In this document: positions 57,223 to 64,000 of the stretch, piece by piece
Layout: every line of letters starts with the position of its first letter
Numbering within the stretch: position 1 is the first letter of the stretch
Assembly (NCBI GenBank): GCA_038131955.1
Contig: JAYPQK010000002.1
Span: 267,851 to 331,850, forward strand
Direction: 5' to 3'
Length of the DNA: 64,000 nucleotides
From: Flavobacteriales bacterium
GTDB taxonomy: Bacteria; Bacteroidota; Bacteroidia; Flavobacteriales_G; Salibacteraceae
The notes under the pieces: model-generated
The model's input: the letters and a program-made list of their open reading frames with translations, nothing else
What the model was told of the DNA's origin: nothing
The model's database searches: none
Made by a program: the position numbers and the translations under genes

Positions 57223-58395
57223 ATGCCTTTCTCCCCTCATCTCGCTCAGACCAGTCCGTTCCCCATGGGAATCGAAGTGGAACGCGCGGAGGGTTGTTAC
57301 ATCTACGATAAGCAAGGCAAGCGCTATCTCGACCTGATCTCGGGTATTGCCGTCGCCAATATTGGCCATCGTCATCCGCATGTGATCCAGGCCATCAAGG
57401 ATCAACTCGATCGATACCAACACGTCATTCCCTTTGGGGAGTTTCCGCAGGACCCCCAAAACCGCTTAGCGGATAAGCTCGCTTCGCTGCTTCCCGATTC
57501 GTTGAGTAGTGCCTACTTCGTCAACAGTGGTACTGAAGCCAATGAGGCCGCTCTCAAGCTCGCTAAGAGAGCGACCGGCAGGCATGAGATCGTGGCAATG
57601 AAAAAGAGCTATCACGGTGCTACCCATGGTTCGCTTAGCGTGAGTGGCAACGAGGTCAAGAAACAGCAGTTCCGTCCTTTCGTACCCGGCACGACCTTCA
57701 TCGACTTCAACGATTTCGATCAGCTCACCGAGATCACAGATAAAACCGCCGCAGTCATTGCAGAGCCTGTCATGGGCGATGCAGGTGTTCGCATCCCTAA
57801 GCCAGGCTACCTCGCCGCCATCCGGAAGAGATGTGATGAGACGGGCGCTCTCCTGATCTTCGATGAGATTCAAACCGGATTAGGACGCACAGGAACGCTG
57901 TATGCTTTTCAGCAATTTGAAGTTGTTCCGGACATCCTCACCACGGCCAAAGCCTTCGGTGGAGGCATGCCTATCGGGGCCTTCATCACTTCGCAAGAGC
58001 GTATGTCGTTGCTGACCCACGATCCGATCCTCGGACACATCACCACGTTCGGGGGACACCCGGTCTGCTGCGCTGCCGCTTTGGCGAATCTTGAAGTGCT
58101 GACCGAACAGGAAGACTGGATCGCGCAGGTGCATTCAAAGGGAGCTCTTTTCAAAGAGCTACTTCATCACCCCAAGATCAAAGAAGTGCGGCAGATCGGA
58201 TTGATGCTGGCGGTAGAGCTGGAATCTGCAGAACAAGTGGATGACGTGATCCAGCGCTTGTTGAAGAAGGGAATTATCGGATCCTACTTCTTGTCTACAC
58301 GACACTCTTTTCGCCTAGCCCCTCCCCTATGTATCACGGAAGAAGAGAGCCGTTCGGCTTGCAAACTTATTGTCGAATGCATCCAAGAAGCCTAG
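57223..58395 (+). CDS. class III PLP aminotransferase (acetylornithine/aspartate aminotransferase family)
   Basis: DLISGIAVANIGHRHP...FVNSGTEANEAALKLA...SYHG.T...DEIQTGLGRTG...ILTTAKAFGGGMPIGAF. Confidence 0.9.
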   Translation: MPFSPHLAQTSPFPMGIEVERAEGCYIYDKQGKRYLDLISGIAVANIGHRHPHVIQAIKDQLDRYQHVIPFGEFPQDPQNRLADKLASLLPDSLSSAYFVNSGTEANEAALKLAKRATGRHEIVAMKKSYHGATHGSLSVSGNEVKKQQFRPFVPGTTFIDFNDFDQLTEITDKTAAVIAEPVMGDAGVRIPKPGYLAAIRKRCDETGALLIFDEIQTGLGRTGTLYAFQQFEVVPDILTTAKAFGGGMPIGAFITSQERMSLLTHDPILGHITTFGGHPVCCAAALANLEVLTEQEDWIAQVHSKGALFKELLHHPKIKEVRQIGLMLAVELESAEQVDDVIQRLLKKGIIGSYFLSTRHSFRLAPPLCITEEESRSACKLIVECIQEA

Positions 58396-58817
58396 TCACC
58401 CTGCTACTATCCTTCATGGTCCTAGCGAATTCTTTCGCTCAGGACACCCTGGAATGGAAGTCGGTGATCAAGCGTGAATTTATCAGCTATGATCAATTCA
58501 ATCGAGCTACAGGTGATCGATTCCACACGATACTTAAGGAGAGGGAATTCGAAGAATACTACTACTTGCTCGAAGACGGCGGGGCACTTTGTTTTGGTTC
58601 GAGTAATCGCGTCACTTGTTTCCTACTTCCAGAAACACAACCAGAGCAGGAACTGATCGAGGAAATAACACAGCTCGATCTGGACGAGGATGCACATAGC
58701 GAATCTCCATTGACCCTAGTTCCTTGTCTCAGAGTGGATCCAATAAAGTTGAGGCTCTTTCCTTCAGGCAACTTGACCACTGGGGCGAAGGCGCTTGTGC
58801 TACTCGGTAACGAATAG
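58377..58817 (+). CDS. hypothetical exported protein (3' part uncertain)
   Basis: Signal peptide MHPRSLVTLLLSFMVLANSFAQ from the ATG at 58377. The last ~85 codons overlap a convergent ORF that looks equally plausible. Confidence 0.45.
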   Translation: MHPRSLVTLLLSFMVLANSFAQDTLEWKSVIKREFISYDQFNRATGDRFHTILKEREFEEYYYLLEDGGALCFGSSNRVTCFLLPETQPEQELIEEITQLDLDEDAHSESPLTLVPCLRVDPIKLRLFPSGNLTTGAKALVLLGNE

Positions 58818-59029
58818 ACGCCTGTATCGATGCGAACCGTGTCTCCATCTATAGCTATAGAATCGACGGCATACTGTATGGTTTGACATGGCGAACCGAT
58901 GGACCCGCAAGTGATCACATCCGATCCGCTAGCATCGCTTACGTAAACATCGTTCTGTGCAAAGGAGATAGAACCCGAAAGCAAGAATGCGATCAGTATG
59001 ACGATTCGATATAGGGAGAATCCAGGCAA
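58562..59029 (-). CDS. hypothetical exported protein resembling the N-terminus of a right-handed beta-helix protein (possibly a gene remnant)
   Basis: A signal peptide (IVILIAFLLSGSISFAQ) is followed by YVSDASGSD..CGS..SPCQTIQYAVDSIAIDGDTVRIDTGVY, a pattern common at the start of pectate-lyase-fold proteins. The distal ~85 codons are Ser/Cys low-complexity and antisense to the previous ORF. Confidence 0.45.
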   Translation of the reverse strand: MPGFSLYRIVILIAFLLSGSISFAQNDVYVSDASGSDVITCGSIGSPCQTIQYAVDSIAIDGDTVRIDTGVYSLPSSTSAFAPVVKLPEGKSLNFIGSTLRQGTRVNGDSLCASSSRSSCVISSISSCSGCVSGSRKQVTRLLEPKQSAPPSSSK

Positions 59030-59134
59030 GTAGGTTAGGTTGGCTACGTCAACTAATAAACGTGTTGTCCAAGAGGGCGTTGCTTCACTCGAAGCTAGCT
59101 AAATTCCTTGGAACGAGAACCCTATATGCACTCA

Positions 59135-59947
59135 TCATTCATCCTCAAACAAGCGACGCTGACGCGCCGGTGCTGCTCCCATTCCTTCCAGGTTCAAAGA
59201 CTGATGTAGCTCGTAGCTGTACTCTTTCTCCACTCTTTCTCCTGTTGGTCGGAGTAATTCGAGACCATGGTTTCGCGAACTTTTGATGTCGGTGGAAATG
59301 GGATAGGCATTCATAGCTTCTCCCGGATATGGCTGCAACAGCGATGTCACATCGCCCAGCGGCAGATCCTTGTCAAGCCATAGGGACTCCGATTCTTTAT
59401 CTAGGATCACCGGAGAACGATGGTGTCCGATCTTTTGCAAGAGGGAGTTCGCAGTGGTGGTGATGATCGCAAAGGAATGGAAGAGTTCACCTGTTGACCG
59501 ATCAGCCCATTCGTCCCAGATTCCGGCGAATGCGAACGGTCGTTCTCCATCGCGCATGTAGACACAGTATGGTTTATCCAGTTTCTCTGTCTTGGGCCCT
59601 TCGATGAAGGCATCTGCCACGACCAAGCATCGTTTCGACCGGATTGAGGCTCGAAACATGGGCTTTTGAATGATCCCTTTCGCTCCGGTGTAGATTGGGT
59701 CATCCGTTTGGTTCTGATCGCCTTCGCTTCGTGCATTGATCACATACATCTTCTTCTTCGCCCAAAACGGAGTGAATCCAAAGTGCATGAAATCCAGCTT
59801 GTCTGGATGAGCATCTGTGATGACGGCTGACTTCTGACCGGGCGAAACGTTGGCATTCACGTGGTAATCACCGGGACTCTCTGCCGTTACGCCAAAGCGC
59901 TTTTCGATCTCTTTGATCTTGGATACCGTTACATACCGACCACACAT
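59135..59947 (-). CDS. SOS-response-associated peptidase (SRAP/YedK-family abasic-site processing protein)
   Basis: MCGRY at the N-terminus (catalytic Cys2), then INARSE and PFAFAGIWD motifs. 270 aa. Confidence 0.92.
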   Translation of the reverse strand: MCGRYVTVSKIKEIEKRFGVTAESPGDYHVNANVSPGQKSAVITDAHPDKLDFMHFGFTPFWAKKKMYVINARSEGDQNQTDDPIYTGAKGIIQKPMFRASIRSKRCLVVADAFIEGPKTEKLDKPYCVYMRDGERPFAFAGIWDEWADRSTGELFHSFAIITTTANSLLQKIGHHRSPVILDKESESLWLDKDLPLGDVTSLLQPYPGEAMNAYPISTDIKSSRNHGLELLRPTGERVEKEYSYELHQSLNLEGMGAAPARQRRLFEDE

Positions 59948-59975
59948 ACAACGAAGGTGGGTAAAGTTTATAAAA

Positions 59976-60000
59976 TGAAAAAGCCCCTTCGTGAGGGGCG
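59976..60000 (-). terminator. rho-independent terminator (minus strand) after the small ORF
   Basis: On the minus strand, GCCCCTCACGAAGGGGC (6-bp GC stem, 5-nt loop) is followed by TTTTT. Confidence 0.6.
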
Positions 60001-60026
60001 TTAAGAAGGTCAGAAATTCATCGATT

Positions 60027-60158
60027 CTAGTCGAAATCTTCTGAGTCGAGGAATCGCTTCCAATTGCGACTCAACTCTTTGTGAGCGTCGACCTTTCTGA
60101 TCTTGAAATCACGATCAAAAGCAGTACGTCGTCGCTCTCTCGACTTATCCTTTTTCAT
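60027..60158 (-). CDS. candidate small protein (43 aa), basic N-terminal half and acidic C-terminus
   Basis: Manual find, below the ORF-track cutoff. It runs from the ATG at 60158 to a TAG at 60029-60027 and encodes MKKDKSRERRRTAFDRDFKIRKVDAHKELSRNWKRFLDSEDFD. Terminator hairpins lie on both sides, so it would be a separate transcription unit. Confidence 0.35.
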   Translation of the reverse strand: MKKDKSRERRRTAFDRDFKIRKVDAHKELSRNWKRFLDSEDFD

Positions 60159-60276
60159 GGTCGAATAAAATAAGATTGATTGAACGATGTTGGGTCGATC
60201 TACCACATTGGTATCACGACTTACACATAGTTAGTCAAAATCTCAATTCGCCACAACACGTTTGAAAATTTTTAGA

Positions 60277-60300
60277 CAAAAAATGGGGCCGAAGCCCCAA
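60277..60300 (-). terminator. rho-independent terminator (minus strand) after the membrane-protein gene
   Basis: On the minus strand, TGGGGCTTCGGCCCCA (GC stem with a TTCG loop) is followed by TTTTTT. It lies 6 nt downstream of the stop at 60306. Confidence 0.7.
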
Positions 60301-60305
60301 CATCT

Positions 60306-60869
60306 TTAGTCGCGTGACCGAAGCTTGTTCGGCACTAGGAGTGATTTCAAGTACTTCTCATATAAGAGGAACAATACCACTGCATAGAAGAGGTCACCGA
60401 TCAGTGTGTTCTGGAAGAATGGGATCGCCGCGGTATAGCAGGCAACCAGTCCTCCCATAGTCATTGGATACATACCAAGGGGGCTTAACCAAACACCAAG
60501 ATTTGAAACAACGAAGAAGATCACTGAAGCCCCAACACTACCCGCAAGCATTCGATGGAAGGTCACTTCTTTCAACATAAACTTACCCAAGAGGTAGATC
60601 AATCCGATGCTGCTATAAATGAAGATAGCACCTTCGGTAAAGAGGGTGAATCCACCTGAACTATAAACGAAATTGTTGAGCAAAAAATCACTGATACACC
60701 ATGCGATCATGGTCATGAAAAGCCCCCAAGAATTCTTGCTCATATAAGCCGAACCAAACAAGGCCATGGCGCCCAACGGAGCGAAGTTCATAGGGTGAGG
60801 GATCAATCGAGTCAGAGCGGCGCCCAATACGATTGCACCGAGAATGAGGATGCGCTTATTCACTTGCAT
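60306..60869 (-). CDS. small polytopic membrane protein (resembles DUF6580-type putative transporters)
   Basis: 187 aa with 5-6 hydrophobic segments. The N-terminus is ILILGAIVLGAALTRLIPHPMNFAPLGAMALFGSAY. The family name is from memory only. Confidence 0.75.
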   Translation of the reverse strand: MQVNKRILILGAIVLGAALTRLIPHPMNFAPLGAMALFGSAYMSKNSWGLFMTMIAWCISDFLLNNFVYSSGGFTLFTEGAIFIYSSIGLIYLLGKFMLKEVTFHRMLAGSVGASVIFFVVSNLGVWLSPLGMYPMTMGGLVACYTAAIPFFQNTLIGDLFYAVVLFLLYEKYLKSLLVPNKLRSRD

Positions 60870-60977
60870 GCTGCGAAAATAAGGAATGCGAACTATTCTT
60901 AAGAGTCAGATTCCAAGTAAAAAAACACTCTGCCTTGGTGAGAGAAAAAGTACCTTTACCCCCTTACGAACACATGC

Positions 60978-62684
60978 ATGAAAAAACTTCTAACCACCGC
61001 GATCATTGCACTTTTGTGCGCTACTTTCTCCCCTTCCTTTAGCCAGGCTATCATCAGCACGATGACAATCACGCCTGCCAATCCCACCAACTGTACTGAA
61101 ACTACGGCCTCGATCAACTTGACATTGTACTGTGCGAACTACACCTATACCGGTGCCACAGTGACTACGAGCGGTTCGAACATCACCATTCAACTGGATT
61201 ACACCGTCGGATTGATCTGTCTTCCGGCCTTCCAATATCCAACGGTCAACGTGAATCTAGGGCAGCTCAATCCGGGTTCTGTCACTATTCAGGCTTATGC
61301 TTACCTCAATAGTACATTTAGTTCAGCGAGCTCTCCTTTCAACACAACGGTCATTCCATGTTGTGGCGCCGTGGCTGCATTTACCCCCGCTGAGGACACC
61401 ATCTGTCAGGGAGAGTCCATCCAGATGACCAATACCACTATCAATGCTGATAGCGTAAAGTGGTACGTCGACTGGAACTTCGTTGATACAGCTTTCAATC
61501 CGACGATCACATTCGATTCGGCGGGATATCAGGAGGTCTCTTTGGTGGCCTTCTCTGATACTTGTAATGACACCACGGAGCATTTCATTCAAGTGTACCC
61601 CGCTCCGGCTCTCGACCTTGGCAACGACACTTCGATCTGTTCGGGCGACGAACTGAACCTATTTATTGCGGGCAATTTGAACAACGTCCTTTGGTCGGAC
61701 GGAAGTACATCGAATACGAACAGCTTCAACGCGGTGGGTACCTATTGGGTTCAGGCCAACAGCAACCAAGGATGCATCGGAAGTGACACGATCACCATCA
61801 ACGCCATTCTTCCAATATCAAGCGTTGACCTCGGCCCTGACCTGATCATTTGCCCGAACACGCCAACCAACCTTCAAGCTGGCGGAACCTACGCATCCTA
61901 TCTATGGTCGACGGGCGACACCACTTCATCCATTACCATTTCGAATACAGGAATACTCTGGCTGGAAGCCAATGTGGCCGGTGAGTGCCCTGGAAGGGAC
62001 ACCATCGAAGTGTTCAACTATACCGTCATACCACTTGATTTCACCGACGACTCATCGAAGTGCGGTAGCAATACCGTCGGTACGTGGGGAACCTACTCTA
62101 GCTATTTGTGGTCGACCGGAAGCACCCAGAGCACGGTAACCTTTGAAGACAGCACACTGACCTTCTTGACAGTGACCGACGCCAACGGATGTGAGCAGGC
62201 TGATTCATTCGAGGTGGCCGTGTGGCCCATTCCCGTGGTTGATCTTGGAGAGGACACCTACTACTGCCCAGGAGAAGAACTAATTCTAGCAAGCAATATC
62301 AGCGGGACCTATGAATGGTCTACCGGAAGCGCTAGTAGTCTGATCGCCGTTACCTCTGCCGGCACGTATTGGCTAGGCGTTACCAATGAGGAAGGATGTA
62401 CTGGCCACGACACGGTCATCATTGACTTCTGTTTAGGGCAAGACGAATTGAAAACAACCTCTTTCTCAATCTGGCCAAATCCGACTAAAGAGTGGTTTGA
62501 ACTAAGAGGAACAGCGAAGATCGAAAGTGCGGATCTCTTCGACCTGACCGGTAAGCATATTGCTCGTTTCCAAACAGAGGCTGCGAAGCAAAAGATCAAT
62601 GTAGCTCATCTTTCTTCGGGCGTCTACATTCTATCGATCACGCACGATGGCGGCAATGAGATTCGCCGCTTGATCATCGAGTAA
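60978..62684 (+). CDS. secreted protein with four WSTGDT-type modules and a T9SS type A (Por secretion) C-terminal domain
   Basis: Signal peptide LLTTAIIALLCATFSPSFSQA. One PKD-like segment is followed by four modules (LWSDGSTS, LWSTGDTT, LWSTGSTQ, EWSTGSAS). The C-terminus is SIWPNPTKEWFEL....DLTGK.......HLSSGVYILSI. Confidence 0.9.
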   Translation: MKKLLTTAIIALLCATFSPSFSQAIISTMTITPANPTNCTETTASINLTLYCANYTYTGATVTTSGSNITIQLDYTVGLICLPAFQYPTVNVNLGQLNPGSVTIQAYAYLNSTFSSASSPFNTTVIPCCGAVAAFTPAEDTICQGESIQMTNTTINADSVKWYVDWNFVDTAFNPTITFDSAGYQEVSLVAFSDTCNDTTEHFIQVYPAPALDLGNDTSICSGDELNLFIAGNLNNVLWSDGSTSNTNSFNAVGTYWVQANSNQGCIGSDTITINAILPISSVDLGPDLIICPNTPTNLQAGGTYASYLWSTGDTTSSITISNTGILWLEANVAGECPGRDTIEVFNYTVIPLDFTDDSSKCGSNTVGTWGTYSSYLWSTGSTQSTVTFEDSTLTFLTVTDANGCEQADSFEVAVWPIPVVDLGEDTYYCPGEELILASNISGTYEWSTGSASSLIAVTSAGTYWLGVTNEEGCTGHDTVIIDFCLGQDELKTTSFSIWPNPTKEWFELRGTAKIESADLFDLTGKHIARFQTEAAKQKINVAHLSSGVYILSITHDGGNEIRRLIIE

Positions 62685-63352
62685 TGACTTCGTCCTTTCA
62701 TGAGAGCCTGACTGGAGCGTTCGAAGCGAATCGAAATCCAGAGAAGGCAGTCTGGATGGAGGATTACATGAAAGGTCAGTTTGAATTTTACGGCCTTTAC
62801 TCCACCCTGCGCAAAGACTTGACCAGAGAAGTCATTCAGTCTACAGGAATACCAGAGGATGAGGTATTTGAAGACGAGATCCGGTCTTGTTGGTCTGACC
62901 CTCACCGGGAGGTGCAATACGCTGCTCAAGAGCTGGTCCACCGAAAAAAATGGTGGAAGCGAGAGGATTCCATTGATCTGATAGAAGAAATGATCACTTC
63001 TCGTTCGTGGTGGGATACCGTGGACTTCATCGCGAGCAATCTGTGCGGCAGCTATTTTCGAATTCATCCTGATCAGATCGAAGTGATCATTCCGAGATGG
63101 AATGCATCTGACAACATGTGGTTGATCCGGTCTTCCATCTTGTTTCAGTTGAAGTACAAAAAGGAAACAGACCTTGCGTTATTGGAATCCATGATCGTTC
63201 CCCACCTCGGCTCGAAGGAGTTCTTCATCCAGAAGGCCATTGGCTGGGTTCTGAGAGAGGTGTCGAAACACAATTCTGACTTCGTGAGCAAATTCATCGA
63301 GCGCTATCCTCTTAAACCCGTAAGTCTCAGAGAGGCGAAGAAGTACATCTAA
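62684..63352 (+). CDS. DNA alkylation repair protein (AlkD-like HEAT-repeat family)
   Basis: NPEKAVWMEDYMKGQFEFYGL......WW.T.D..A........W....N.W..R..I..Q......IGW.LRE pattern. The ATG overlaps the preceding stop (TAATG). Confidence 0.85.
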   Translation: MTSSFHESLTGAFEANRNPEKAVWMEDYMKGQFEFYGLYSTLRKDLTREVIQSTGIPEDEVFEDEIRSCWSDPHREVQYAAQELVHRKKWWKREDSIDLIEEMITSRSWWDTVDFIASNLCGSYFRIHPDQIEVIIPRWNASDNMWLIRSSILFQLKYKKETDLALLESMIVPHLGSKEFFIQKAIGWVLREVSKHNSDFVSKFIERYPLKPVSLREAKKYI

Positions 63353-63505
63353 ATTTCGCAGCCAGAAGGAATATTTTACAATGAAGTAGATTGAGGCGTT
63401 GACTCTACTGTTGAAATCCTTGGGGTTCTTTTTCTGGCTCTGACCATTGCCATTCCTCTCACTTGGCTATTTTTGACGCAAAGCCCACAGCCGAATTTAG
63501 ATTAG

Positions 63506-64000
63506 ATGAGCGAAAAGCTTCTGAAAGCGTTGATGCAGCTGTTTGCGATTATTGCTGACATCGACGATCTAAGCAACAAGAGCCGAATCGTAGTTGAGCA
63601 TTTCCTCAAGCAACGATTGTCGCAAGACCAAGTAGAGGCCTACTTAGAGCACTACGACGAATACCTGGAGATTCACCACAAGGTTTCCAAGAAGAAGGAA
63701 GGAAAGCGAAAGAAGACATCACTGAATTCTGTGAAGGTCCTCAAGATCTGTACACAGATTAACGCCGAACTCGAGCAGCGACAGAAGATCTTTGTGCTCC
63801 TTCGTTTGATCGAATACATCTTTTCCGAGAAAGAAGCGACCGAGCAAGAGCTTGAATTCGTGGATACCGTATCCGATGTTTTCAATATTCCAAGTGAAGA
63901 GCTCAAGGACATTAAGTCTTTTGTAACCTGCGGCGAGGGCACAGCCGAGGATGTCGAGAAGCTACTGATCATCAACTCAGCATCAGAACTCACAGGACGT
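63506..64000 (+). CDS. hypothetical protein, 5' part only (continues past the window end)
   Basis: Not in the ORF track. The ATG at 63506 opens a frame that stays open for 165 codons to the window edge (MSEKLLKALMQLFAIIADIDD...). It is helical, with a KKKEGKRKK linker. The 63673-63993 minus-strand ORF in the track is its antisense shadow. Confidence 0.7.
   Translation, partial: MSEKLLKALMQLFAIIADIDDLSNKSRIVVEHFLKQRLSQDQVEAYLEHYDEYLEIHHKVSKKKEGKRKKTSLNSVKVLKICTQINAELEQRQKIFVLLRLIEYIFSEKEATEQELEFVDTVSDVFNIPSEELKDIKSFVTCGEGTAEDVEKLLIINSASELTGR

Noticed and set aside
63369-63446. Nested inverted repeats after the alkD-like gene (GCCAGAA...TTCTGGC enclosing GTAGA...TCTAC)
   Set aside because: The stems are short (7 and 5 bp) with long loops, and there is no T-run. 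This is compatible with chance in an AT-rich spacer and is not convincing as a terminator or sRNA.

Overview
This 64-kb segment looks like a Bacteroidota chromosome. The evidence is type A and type B T9SS C-terminal sorting domains, a TonB-dependent receptor with a CarboxypepD_reg-like N-terminus, a split transketolase, ribosomal protein THX, and TAnnTTTG-like promoter elements. I call about 62 densely packed protein-coding genes.

Main content, left to right:
- A large PIG-L/LmbE deacetylase gene that runs off the left edge.
- A Wzx/Wzy-type polysaccharide operon (about 6.2-14.7 kb) whose genes overlap by 4 nt.
- Housekeeping genes: yebC-like, pepT, lipA, rocD, HU, THX, pdxH, nnr, dapA, ychF, ferredoxin, the two transketolase subunits, and aminotransferases.
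- A metal-homeostasis module: TonB receptor, DtxR/MntR-like repressor and ZIP transporter.
- Several very large T9SS-secreted repeat proteins.

I found no rRNA, tRNA, CRISPR array, transposase, integrase, or recognisable phage or defence gene. I therefore cannot point to a clear multi-gene novel system.

The most unusual items are:
- A paralogous family of T9SS cargo proteins built from an uncharacterised ~70-aa two-cysteine WSTGDT module (16 copies in three genes).
- Ribosomal protein THX carrying a histone-H1-like AAKK tail next to HU, with a bacterial SET-domain methyltransferase about 6.5 kb away.
- Two domain fusions: a cysteine-dioxygenase-like cupin fused to a SAM methyltransferase, and a nucleotidyltransferase-like domain fused to an SDR epimerase.
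- Two genes with visible lesions: a frameshift in a THUMP methyltransferase, and a TGG-to-TGA change plus a frameshift in a T9SS cargo gene.
- A vWA gene inserted between the transketolase subunit genes.
- A self-contained 43-codon mini-cistron bracketed by two terminators.
- Several intergenic repeat clusters.

All family assignments come from motif recognition by eye. No database search was run.
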